Shown: in pieces, positions 1 through 8,014 of the stretch
Numbering within the stretch: position 1 is the stretch's first letter
How the letters are laid out: each line of letters starts with the position of its first letter
From: Opitutales bacterium
GTDB taxonomy: Bacteria; Verrucomicrobiota; Verrucomicrobiia; Opitutales; PNEW01
Direction: 5' to 3'
Assembly: GCA_965219535.1 (NCBI GenBank)
Contig: CBDCNV010000002.1
Location: forward strand, 1,290,001-1,322,000
Length of the DNA: 32,000 bases
Position numbers and translations under genes: made by a program
Notes under the pieces: model-generated
The model's input: only the letters and a program-made list of their open reading frames with translations
Database searches by the model: none
What the model was told of the DNA's origin: nothing

Positions 1-1595
1 GCTTCAATCCCTCCCAGTGCCGTGTAAAAAGTGCTGAGTAGCCCCATGGACAGTATGCACACATAAATATTAATCCCCGTAATCGTGGAGAGAACAATTG
101 CTGGCAGGTACAAGATGAGGCTGATCCTAATCATTTGAAAGATGATAAACTGGAGGCTGCCAAATAAGCGGACTGCGACATTAAAGCGTAATTCCAGGTA
201 CTCATAGACGGTCGTAATGTTTAATCTTCGGAAAAAAGGCAGATAGAAATAGATAATAATTATCGGTACGATGAAGGCTCCAATTGTAGCGGGAAACATG
301 AACCAGTCCGTGGCATAAAGTAACGCTGGAGTGGCGATATAAGTCAGGGCACTGAGCCCGGTCCCCAGCATACTGATCGCCGCGGCCCACCAGGGAATAC
401 GGCGGCCAGCTAGAAAATAATCGTCGGTTCCCTTTTCTCGTCTGGAGAAATAAAGCCCCATAAAGACAAGGATCGACAGATAGAAAATAAGAAAAGTGTA
501 ATTAACGACACCGAAGGAAGCTTTTGCACCCGATTCATGCTTCATAAATTGAATTCTGGGTGTGTTTTCGCCGGAACTGAGCTCACCACTGACGAGCAGA
601 AATCCTCCCTTCCATGGCACAGCCTCGGCATTTGCCACCGCGCGGGGAATTTCTCCTTTGACGAGCCAGGTGTCAGTAATCGTGTGATAGGCGAGCAGAT
701 CGTGCGATTGTTTGAGTTTTTCATTTTCCCCAATATGTCTACCGCCAAAAATTATAATATGTGATTGGCCATAATTAATAACCGGAGCTGCAGTAATGGG
801 GTGAGGGGTGTCAGCGATCCTTTCCCATATTTTTTGTCGAAGTGAATAACGATAGCCGTCGGTCAGCGACTGTGTTTGAAGATCACCTTCCTCGTGCTGG
901 GTAATCCCTTCACCGCCTAAAAGATAAACATAACTCTTATCTCCCGTGTTTTGTCTGACCACTTTGGCATTTGTCCGGGCCGGACCATCCCAGGGGTCTA
1001 AACTATTCCACCCCGCCTCCAAATTAAGGAGATTGAGCGACCAGAATATTTTTGATAGCTCTGATTCTTCGGCTTCAACTTTTCCCCCTGCAACAAACAG
1101 CGTATCGCTGACAAGTGTGGCGTCGATGAATGAGACGGGATGTAGGAGAGGTGGCAGAGATTCCTGCTCTATCATCTGTGATTCGGTATTCCAGGTTAAT
1201 CGTGTCACCTGGTCTTGATTGCCATCTGCGTTTCTTCCACCAATCAGTATTAAACTGTTATCACTGATTACCGATGCACCATAAGCGAGTGGTGCCTTTA
1301 ATTTATATCCCTCTAGCCACTCATCCTGCTCATCATTGACGAGAACATAGATATCGTCGTACCAGGCAATTTTATCACTTTTCCATTTGGTGATATCAAA
1401 GGAGTCAGCGCCACCGGCGACAATCAGCGCGCCGTTGCTGACACCCGCGAATGCGCCACTCAAGCCAGATGGACGGGGCAGTTCGGGGAGTTCTTTCCAG
1501 GTGAAAGCTTCTTCCCTCTGGGACTCAACATTACTGCAACCACTAAAAAACAGGAGAGCCGCAATATAGGATGCAATGATCTGAGAACATTTCAT
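1..1595 (-). CDS. Fusion ORF (3' end outside window): lipoprotein-type signal peptide + Kelch-like beta-propeller (cyclically permuted NanM/YjhT-type mutarotase-like) domain (aa 1 to ~345), continuous in frame with a sodium:solute symporter (SSF) domain (from aa ~351)
   Basis: Absent from the ORF track because it runs off the left edge. ATG at 1595-1593. I read every in-frame minus-strand codon from 1595 to 1 and found no stop. N-terminus MKCSQIIASYIAALLFFSGCSN has a lipobox-like FSGC. SGAFAGVSNGALIVAGGADSF ... AVPWKGGFLLVSGELSSGENT resemble NanM-family blades. From the internal Met at 545: MKHESGAKASFGVVNYTFLIFYLSILVFMGLYFSRREKGTDDYFLAGRRIPWW, a canonical SSF N-terminus paralogous to 6049-7605. 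Confidence 0.8.
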   Translation of the reverse strand, partial: MKCSQIIASYIAALLFFSGCSNVESQREEAFTWKELPELPRPSGLSGAFAGVSNGALIVAGGADSFDITKWKSDKIAWYDDIYVLVNDEQDEWLEGYKLKAPLAYGASVISDNSLILIGGRNADGNQDQVTRLTWNTESQMIEQESLPPLLHPVSFIDATLVSDTLFVAGGKVEAEESELSKIFWSLNLLNLEAGWNSLDPWDGPARTNAKVVRQNTGDKSYVYLLGGEGITQHEEGDLQTQSLTDGYRYSLRQKIWERIADTPHPITAAPVINYGQSHIIIFGGRHIGENEKLKQSHDLLAYHTITDTWLVKGEIPRAVANAEAVPWKGGFLLVSGELSSGENTPRIQFMKHESGAKASFGVVNYTFLIFYLSILVFMGLYFSRREKGTDDYFLAGRRIPWWAAAISMLGTGLSALTYIATPALLYATDWFMFPATIGAFIVPIIIIYFYLPFFRRLNITTVYEYLELRFNVAVRLFGSLQFIIFQMIRISLILYLPAIVLSTITGINIYVCILSMGLLSTFYTALGGIE

Positions 1596-1610
1596 TTTAT
1601 AATTGTATAC

Positions 1611-1642
1611 GCGATTAAGCGTGAACGCGGGTATGCGGAATT
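1611..1642. repeat. 8-nt-period degenerate tandem array, AATGCG class (gcgattaa gcgtgaac gcgggtat gcggaatt)
   Basis: Four consecutive 8-nt units each starting GCG, lying 16 nt upstream (gene orientation) of start codon 1595. Confidence 0.5.
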
Positions 1643-1711
1643 AAGAGTAGAATGTCAAAAGACATTTCTATGACATTGTGCAGGTGAAACGCGGTCGACT
1701 CCGCCTCCACT

Positions 1712-1956
1712 CTTGTCATTGCGAGGGAGGTATTCAACCGATCGTGGCAATCCAGGCGAATAATCATTGTACTTACGAATACTTAGTCTACACTAAGATC
1801 TTTCCAATGAGGTTCATCTCCTCAATCAAGTTAATTGTTTAATTGAGAGTAAGCCCTAACATCCAGAGACCTGCATCACTCAACTGACATCCTCCTGGAA
1901 TGTAAGATGTCGCTACGCTCGGTAGCCGCGTCGCGTTGCTCCTCGCAATGACAAAC
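1712..1956. repeat. REP/MITE-like palindromic element, copy A (long or split form)
   Basis: Left arm cttgtcattgcgaggg (1712-1727) and right arm cctcgcaatgacaaac (1941-1956) are inverted repeats. The left half (..cgtggcaatccagg) resembles copy D. The right half (cctggaatgtaagatgtcgctacgctcggtagc..ctcgcaatgacaa) resembles the right half of copy B. Confidence 0.6.
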
Positions 1957-1984
1957 GAAGGGAATCGCTGGTGCGCGTTTTAAG

Positions 1985-2020
1985 TGTTAGGTGTTAAGCA
2001 ATTAACCTAACACCTAACAC
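1985..2020 (-). terminator. TAGGTGT-class hairpin downstream of the 3' end of gene 2053-4278
   Basis: gtgttaggtgttaag (1985-1999) pairs with cctaacacctaacac (2006-2020), 14 of 15 bp, loop caatta. It starts 33 nt after the stop codon in gene orientation. No clear U-tract. Confidence 0.4.
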
Positions 2021-2052
2021 CTAAAACTTAACACTGATCGCTAGATCACACC

Positions 2053-4278
2053 TCATTCAATGGTCAACTCTTCAACTGCTACCTCAATCGCATCGCCGTC
2101 TTCATTGGCGAAGGTGGCATCGATACTCAGGGTCGGTTGAGGGGTGTTGTCCGACTTGAAATTGTTCTGTGTGATCAGAGTATCGAATCCCGTTGTTGTC
2201 GATCCACTCTCAGCGACGACCACTGCGGCACCGTTCGTTTGCAAGAGGTCTCCACCCGTGATACGCAACCCGGGGTTGCCGGCTGGAACGGTGAAAGAGC
2301 CTGAGCCAAACAGTATGTGCGGTACTGCGTCGCCACTGGCATCGATGTCGCCAATCGTTAAGCGTACGCCGATCGGGACACCTCGCGCGTCGATACCGGT
2401 CTTGCCCGTACTTCCACTGAACGCGGTGTTCGACAACTGTACCCCTCCCAGTCCCGTAGAATTGACTACTTCCACAAGACTCACGTCCGCCTGGGCGTCA
2501 TAGACCTGTCCTTCGGGGAAGAGAGCCTGGTTAAAGGCGTTGATCCTACCCACGGTGAAGATACTGAAAAAGGTATTAGCGTCTGCTCCGTCGATGACCA
2601 CGCTCGGCTTGCCCGTCACGTACTCGACGGCCTGGTTGTAGCGTGGGGGAATGGCCGGGGGCAAGAAAGTGGCTGGATCGAGGGTTACGGTAAAGGTACC
2701 ATTACCTGAAAATTCAACCTGCACGATGTCCTCGTTTTCATCCATGAAGGAGACGCGGGTGATCTGTCCGGGTTTGGCCTGGAGTTGGACGGACTCTCCG
2801 GTGAGCAATATCTGATCGAAGACGTTACCGTTGGCATGTTGAATGTTTTCTCCAGCTATATCGCCCGAGCCGTCGAGGACGAGAGGGACGGAAGGTGCCG
2901 CTACCGTGACTACTGCGGTGTCGCTATCCGCGGTGCCCCCGGCGTTAGTAATCTGTACCCAGAAGCTTGTGCTCGCGGTGAGAGCGCCGGTGTCTAAGGT
3001 CCCGGTAGTCGCGCCGGCGACGGGACTGGCGGTGTCGCCGCTGTTGCCGGTAAACCACTGGTAAGTGAGATCGTCACCACTGGCGGTAACGGACAAGCTG
3101 GCTGAAGCGCCCGAAGCGACCTCCTGGCTCGCGGGCTGGGTAGTGATGGACGGGGCATCCGCGGGTGGGGGTCCTTCGGAGCCCGTGCCCGGTGCTCCGA
3201 TGGGCGTAAACCCAAAATCGTCGATCGTAGTACGACTGAAGTCAGGATTAATATCAGGATCATCATTAATAACTAGTTTGCCAATACCTCCCGGAGCTCC
3301 TAATTCATCCGCATTGATCGTTATAAAACGGGGTTTGAACAAGGGGTCGAGGAACCCTTCTAAATCCGTAAAGGTGGCGAGTAAGTTATCGTTTGTGTCG
3401 TAGACTTCAATTGAGCCGTCAGGATCGGTTTCACCTGCGGCAACCACATGCGCAGCAAAAGTATCTATTTCATAAGCCGGGGTTTCAAAGGTGACGGTAA
3501 AAGAGTCGCCATTAAAAACTCCGTAAGAATAAGGCCACGAACGAACATAGGCGAGATTACCTGAAGCTACAAAGATAATGAATCCTCCTTCTAAACTAAT
3601 ACTGTTGGGCGAGGTCCCGACGGTTAAAATTTCGTTCTGTCCCTGACCGGTGCCAAATTCTCTGAAAGTCGTGTAAACTGTATTGTTTGAAGGGAAATCC
3701 GTCAGGGTAAATCCCAGATCATCGAGCACAAATTTTCCTGTCACATTCAGCACCTTCATTTCGATTATGCCGTTAATGAAATTAAAATCGGTATCATCAA
3801 GAAAAACACCACTGTCGGCGACAAAGCTGTATAAGGTGGGATTGGCTCCTGGACTGATATTTGTCGGAAGTCCATCGATTCTGCCCCCATTGTCAGGTAT
3901 GACGACGACAACATCGTTGTTGCCTCCGGACTGGCCTAAATTAACTTCTCCTCTTATCTCCATTCTACCTCCGCCCGTTGTTTCACCCGCATAATATTGA
4001 AGAAATTGAATCCCCCTTGAGGATGAAATACGACCCTCCTGACCGGGTCCGAGGGTAATCGCTTTTGTTCCCGAATGCAAAAGCGCAGGATCCTCTAATG
4101 TTTCGACCGTGAATCCGGTCAGGGTGACCGTGTTTGGCTCCTGCCCTATGACGATGGTGCCTTCTCCGCTTACATCTTCAAAATCAGTGAATACTTCCAG
4201 GTCCTGTGGCAAGGCCATGAGAATGAAAGGGTAAGATACGATTAATATGAAGTGGGCGAACGATTTTTTGACTGACAT
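2053..4278 (-). CDS. Secreted or cell-surface protein of unknown function with a central Ig-like domain
   Basis: 741-aa ORF. Signal-like hydrophobic N-terminus (FAHFILIVSYPFILMA). APSITTQPASQEVASGASASLSVTASGDDLTYQWF...DTAVVTV is an Ig-like module of the type common in PVC surface proteins. No catalytic motif recognised. Confidence 0.75.
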   Translation of the reverse strand: MSVKKSFAHFILIVSYPFILMALPQDLEVFTDFEDVSGEGTIVIGQEPNTVTLTGFTVETLEDPALLHSGTKAITLGPGQEGRISSSRGIQFLQYYAGETTGGGRMEIRGEVNLGQSGGNNDVVVVIPDNGGRIDGLPTNISPGANPTLYSFVADSGVFLDDTDFNFINGIIEMKVLNVTGKFVLDDLGFTLTDFPSNNTVYTTFREFGTGQGQNEILTVGTSPNSISLEGGFIIFVASGNLAYVRSWPYSYGVFNGDSFTVTFETPAYEIDTFAAHVVAAGETDPDGSIEVYDTNDNLLATFTDLEGFLDPLFKPRFITINADELGAPGGIGKLVINDDPDINPDFSRTTIDDFGFTPIGAPGTGSEGPPPADAPSITTQPASQEVASGASASLSVTASGDDLTYQWFTGNSGDTASPVAGATTGTLDTGALTASTSFWVQITNAGGTADSDTAVVTVAAPSVPLVLDGSGDIAGENIQHANGNVFDQILLTGESVQLQAKPGQITRVSFMDENEDIVQVEFSGNGTFTVTLDPATFLPPAIPPRYNQAVEYVTGKPSVVIDGADANTFFSIFTVGRINAFNQALFPEGQVYDAQADVSLVEVVNSTGLGGVQLSNTAFSGSTGKTGIDARGVPIGVRLTIGDIDASGDAVPHILFGSGSFTVPAGNPGLRITGGDLLQTNGAAVVVAESGSTTTGFDTLITQNNFKSDNTPQPTLSIDATFANEDGDAIEVAVEELTIE

Positions 4279-4377
4279 GATTACACCTTTTTGTGAATGG
4301 ACTACGGAACGAAGAAAAGAACGGGATTACTTGAATATGAATGAACAATAAAAAAGTCAAAACGATTTAAAATAATT

Positions 4378-5979
4378 CTAATTATCGGCAGAAGGGGCCT
4401 TGGGGATAATCACACTCCCGTCGGGAAGGACAGCTCGACAGGAAAAAGTCCAAGCTCCCCAGGTCCATCCCATATCGGGATTATCCAAATTTACCAAGAG
4501 TATGTTTTTGCCCTTCTTGAGCTTCACCTCGACGGCTCTGTACTTGTAAGGCTGGTGACTACCGAGGTTTTGCACTTTGTTGTCATTAAGACGAATTTTC
4601 ATTTCGTCATCCCAGCTCAAGTGTAAGGTTGCTTTAGTATCCTTATTTACTTCGAGGGTTGTAACTGCCGATGCATTGGCCGGCCACGTCACATTAGAAA
4701 TTCTACTCTGCACATTGAAAACATGTGAAAAATCGATAAAACCATGAGTGGCCGTGTGGCGCAATCCCGGTTCGATCGCATTCGCTTTTTCCCCCAATAT
4801 CTCATCCCCTCGATACAAAGACCATGTACCATCATCGGCTGAAGCCAGTATCGCGTCTGGCCCCTCGGCCCCTACCTGTTTTAATAGATCGTACTTGCCC
4901 CGTTTAATTTCCCTTTCTTCGCGCCAGGGTGGATTCCCGTACTGGAGGTCCTGAGGTGAAACCATTTTGACGAAAGGCCGGTGGGGTTCGGTCTGATACC
5001 AGTAAGCGGTCATGCACATATCGTTCGAGTGACTGCCCCATCGAAAGTGAAGCGATTTTTCGAAAGGCACCAGATCGTGGACATAAAATTTGTATGCGCT
5101 GAGTTCGTGCCGGGCCAGGGCTGGCCCCACATCTTTATACTCGAGATAGGGGATGCCGGTGTAGAGGTGAGTATTCGGTATGTGTCGAACACCACCGAAA
5201 GCGGTGTCGAAAGTGTTTTCCCCTCCTGCTGCGCGAAGATAGTGGGGGACGATACCGTCTTCACCCGTGGCTTCACCGTCGATATAGAAATTTTCTGAGC
5301 CGGCATGCGACCAGCGCTGCTCATCGGAGCGCAAACGAACACCGAGAGAAAATCCCATAAGGTAACCGCGTCCCACGGCATCCATGACAAAAAAATCATC
5401 ACCCCAGGCAGGTGCCGGGTTCTCACGACGCCAAGAAGCGTGAAAACGCAGGTCCTCATCAAAGTCGTCAGTCAGATACTTGTGCCAATCCAGGGTGTAA
5501 ATAAACTTTGCGCTTTTTATGGCCTCCACCTCAACGCGGGCGGAGCGGGCAAAGGGCATAGGGAAGTAACAGGCGAGAGCCCCCATATCACTTACCGAAA
5601 GATAATAGCTGTTAATATTATAGTGGCTGACATTATAATGAACGCCAAACAAATCGGGAAGGGGGGCTTCCACGCTGGGTGACTCTTCGCCATCCCAATA
5701 AATGCGCACGATAAAATTACGGCTCCCTTCCAACACGCGAAACTGAGCTCTTCGATCATTACTGGTCATATAGATATGCCGGATACAACCCGGACCCTCC
5801 AGTTCGGCAATTACTCGTCGCTCACCCGCCTCCATGGGAAATTTATCAAGCACACGTTCGTAACGGTATTTCTCCGGCAAGTTCAGCTTGTCTTCGATCG
5901 TCGCGGCTGAACATTCACCCACTATCCGGAACAAGGCTAAGACAGAGAGAATGACAGACGTCAGGTAAATCTTTTTCAT
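4378..5979 (-). CDS. Secreted DUF2961-like (CAZy GH172-like) putative glycoside hydrolase with an extra C-terminal beta-sandwich-like domain
   Basis: 533-aa ORF. Signal peptide MKKIYLTSVILSVLALFRIVGECSA. Motifs ENFYIDGE, GGENTFDTAFGG and TAYWYQ match my memory of DUF2961. About 150 aa of C-terminal extension. Family call not verified by search. Confidence 0.6.
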   Translation of the reverse strand: MKKIYLTSVILSVLALFRIVGECSAATIEDKLNLPEKYRYERVLDKFPMEAGERRVIAELEGPGCIRHIYMTSNDRRAQFRVLEGSRNFIVRIYWDGEESPSVEAPLPDLFGVHYNVSHYNINSYYLSVSDMGALACYFPMPFARSARVEVEAIKSAKFIYTLDWHKYLTDDFDEDLRFHASWRRENPAPAWGDDFFVMDAVGRGYLMGFSLGVRLRSDEQRWSHAGSENFYIDGEATGEDGIVPHYLRAAGGENTFDTAFGGVRHIPNTHLYTGIPYLEYKDVGPALARHELSAYKFYVHDLVPFEKSLHFRWGSHSNDMCMTAYWYQTEPHRPFVKMVSPQDLQYGNPPWREEREIKRGKYDLLKQVGAEGPDAILASADDGTWSLYRGDEILGEKANAIEPGLRHTATHGFIDFSHVFNVQSRISNVTWPANASAVTTLEVNKDTKATLHLSWDDEMKIRLNDNKVQNLGSHQPYKYRAVEVKLKKGKNILLVNLDNPDMGWTWGAWTFSCRAVLPDGSVIIPKAPSADN

Positions 5980-5988
5980 ATTTTAATA

Positions 5989-6020
5989 GTCAAAAAGTCA
6001 AAAGGTCAAAAAGTCAAAAG
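5989..6020 (-). promoter_or_regulatory. Leader array (CTTTTGAC-class, 8-nt period, 4 units) upstream of start 5979
   Basis: gtcaaaaa gtcaaaag gtcaaaaa gtcaaaag on the + strand. The array ends 9 nt (tattaaaat in gene orientation) before the ATG. No SD-like purine run. Confidence 0.7.
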
Positions 6021-6048
6021 GATATGCGCTAATACAACTACTGCATAT

Positions 6049-7605
6049 TCATTGATCACTGTTAACTGCCTTCCGACGGGAGTTTAGAATATCCCAAAAA
6101 GTAAGATTTCTTGAATCGGGTTTTGGACCGCCGCAGAGTGCGCTCGCCACTAATCCGACGAAGACTAAAACAAGATGGTTGAAAACGCCAATAATGTAGG
6201 GATTCAAGGTGTAATTAAAGCGTCCCAGATTAAGTAAGGGTGTATTTGACCCTGGAAGATTAACTCCGGTTACAGTTGCCCAGCCGGTAAAAAGAAAACA
6301 AAAAATAATTCCAATATATGCACCCCTTGAAGTCGTCCAGCGAAAGAGGAATCCAAGCGCGAAGAGGCCGAGGATTCCCCCGGTTACGATTGAGGCAACG
6401 GTAATAGATAATTCAATAACGGATCGAATACCGATCCATTGCTGAGCGATAAAGATTGAGGATGCTCCCAGTATCGCGACAACGATCTTTCCCACGATTA
6501 ACTGATGCCTGTCATTTGCGTCTGGTAAAATACGTACATAGAAGTCTTTAACCATGACGGTTGCGAGCGAGTTTAATTCGGAGTCCAAAGAAGACATGGC
6601 GGCACCAATCAGCGCCGCGAGTAAAATTCCGATCACGGCCGCTGGTAATTGGGTTTTGATAAAATAAGGCATGATGAAGTCCTTGGATTCGAGCACTTCG
6701 GTCGGTAGTTGCTCGAGTGACAATTCATAAAACGCCCACAACAAAGCGCCGACGATGGAAAATAAAATCCAGACCGGAACGCACGCTGAAGCTCCGATAT
6801 AAGCGCCCTGTGCCGCTTCCCGATCCGAGCGAGCGAGGAGAAAACGCTGTACATTACTTTGATCACAGGCCAAATATTGGATCGTGAAAAAAGTCCCACC
6901 AATGACGTAGAACCATTGATTATGTTCATACCAATCGAAGTTCCAGTTACCCATCGCAAATTTTCCTCCCTCCCACGCCTTGGAGATTACCACGCTTGCA
7001 CCTTCGTTCGGAGTGAAGAGTAATACAAATAAACAAATCAGGCCGCCGATTACGAGTAGGGTGCCTTGTATTACATCGGTCCACACGACCGCTTCAATCC
7101 CGCCGATCATCGTGTAAATTACAGTCACCGCGCCCAGGATGAGGATTACCCACCACACATCCCAGCCACTCAAATAACCGACGGCAATCGCTAAAAAATA
7201 AAAGGTGACACTGACGTCGATAACATGACTGACGATGAACGCCGCCGCCCCGTATGCGCGCGCGGGATAACCAAACCGTTTTTCCAAATATCCATAGGCT
7301 GTCATGCGCACCGTTCGGCGATAGAAAGCAACGAGGTAATAAGAAATGAAAATCATGACTAGCGGCCAGACAAACTGCCGGGGCAATGACCACATATTAG
7401 TTTTATAAACTTCACCGGGGAGTCCGATAAAGGTGGCACTGCTGATAACCGTGCCCATAATTGAAAAACCAACCACCCACCCCGGTAAATTGCGGCCAGC
7501 GAGAAAATAGTCCTCGGTCGATTTCTGCCGGCGCGAAAAATACAATCCCAGCGTCCCCAGGATGCAGAGATATATGACAATAACCGTTATTTCGATAATG
7601 CCCAA
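6049..7605 (-). CDS. Sodium:solute symporter family (SSF/SSS) transporter
   Basis: 518-aa ORF with many hydrophobic segments. LYFSRRQKSTEDYFLAGRNLPGWVVGFSIMGT is a typical SSF N-terminus. TTG start at 7605 is forced by an in-frame TAA three codons upstream. Confidence 0.9.
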   Translation of the reverse strand: MGIIEITVIVIYLCILGTLGLYFSRRQKSTEDYFLAGRNLPGWVVGFSIMGTVISSATFIGLPGEVYKTNMWSLPRQFVWPLVMIFISYYLVAFYRRTVRMTAYGYLEKRFGYPARAYGAAAFIVSHVIDVSVTFYFLAIAVGYLSGWDVWWVILILGAVTVIYTMIGGIEAVVWTDVIQGTLLVIGGLICLFVLLFTPNEGASVVISKAWEGGKFAMGNWNFDWYEHNQWFYVIGGTFFTIQYLACDQSNVQRFLLARSDREAAQGAYIGASACVPVWILFSIVGALLWAFYELSLEQLPTEVLESKDFIMPYFIKTQLPAAVIGILLAALIGAAMSSLDSELNSLATVMVKDFYVRILPDANDRHQLIVGKIVVAILGASSIFIAQQWIGIRSVIELSITVASIVTGGILGLFALGFLFRWTTSRGAYIGIIFCFLFTGWATVTGVNLPGSNTPLLNLGRFNYTLNPYIIGVFNHLVLVFVGLVASALCGGPKPDSRNLTFWDILNSRRKAVNSDQ

Positions 7606-7614
7606 GGTGTATTA

Positions 7615-7646
7615 GTCAAAAGGTCAAAAGGTCAAAAAGTCAAAAG
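7615..7646 (-). promoter_or_regulatory. Leader array (CTTTTGAC-class, 8-nt period, 4 units) upstream of start 7605
   Basis: GTC unit starts at 7615, 7623, 7631 and 7639. 9-nt spacer (taatacacc) to the TTG start. Confidence 0.7.
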
Positions 7647-7648
7647 GG

Positions 7649-7704
7649 GAAATGCGTAAATGAGATAATGCGGTGATGCGACTAAGCGGAAATGCCGTAA
7701 TTGG
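7649..7704. repeat. 8-nt-period degenerate array, WAATGCGN class (7 units)
   Basis: gaaatgcg taaatgag ataatgcg gtgatgcg actaagcg gaaatgcc gtaattgg. Confidence 0.65.
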
Positions 7705-7726
7705 CAGGTATGTCCTGCATCCTCAT

Positions 7727-7887
7727 TTGTCATTGCGAAGGAGGCGTAGCCGACTGCGGCTACCGAGCGCAGCGACATCTTCCATTCCAGGGGATGTCGG
7801 TTACGTAATGGTAGCCCCTTGGAATGGAAGATGTCGCTATGCTTGGTAGCTTTGTCTCACACAGATTCGGGATTCTCGCAATGACAA
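7727..7887. repeat. REP/MITE-like palindromic element, copy B (161 bp, nested hairpin)
   Basis: Outer arms ttgtcattgcgaagg (7727-7741) and ctcgcaatgacaa (7875-7887). Inner arms gcgacatcttccattccagg (7772-7791) and ccttggaatggaagatgtcgc (7817-7837), complementary apart from one extra base. Confidence 0.75.
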
Positions 7888-7904
7888 TAAGAAATCAATC
7901 CAAA

Positions 7905-7952
7905 ATCGCATCATCGCATACACGTATGTTCGCATCATCGTGTATGCGCATA
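7905..7952. repeat. 8-nt-period array, NCGCATNN class (inverse orientation of 7649-7704)
   Basis: atcgcatc atcgcata cacgtatg ttcgcatc atcgtgta tgcgcata. Confidence 0.6.
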
Positions 7953-7953
7953 T

Positions 7954-7980
7954 CCTTTGACATTCGATTCGATGTTCGAC
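7954..7980 (+). promoter_or_regulatory. Degenerate leader array (TTTGAC/TTCGAT/TTCGAC) upstream of 8015
   Basis: cctttgac attcgat tcgat gttcgac. It lies 34 nt from the GTG start, so it is looser than the phase-locked copies. Confidence 0.45.
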
Positions 7981-8014
7981 ATTTATTATCACTGAATTTT
8001 AAAAGGCGTCGCCT

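Noticed and set aside
542-748. 68-aa minus-strand ORF that would end in an ATGA overlap with an SSF gene starting at 545, implying two separate genes.
   Set aside because: It is in a different frame from the Kelch-like domain. The Kelch frame itself stays open through 545 into the SSF domain (every codon checked), so the 68-aa ORF is an off-frame artefact.
2144-3994. Multiple 70-120-aa ORFs on both strands inside 2053-4278; similar nests occur inside 4378-5979, 6049-7605 and 8015-8893.
   Set aside because: They are nested in longer ORFs that have coherent domain content. The compositions are Pro/Arg/Ser-rich, typical of off-frame translation.
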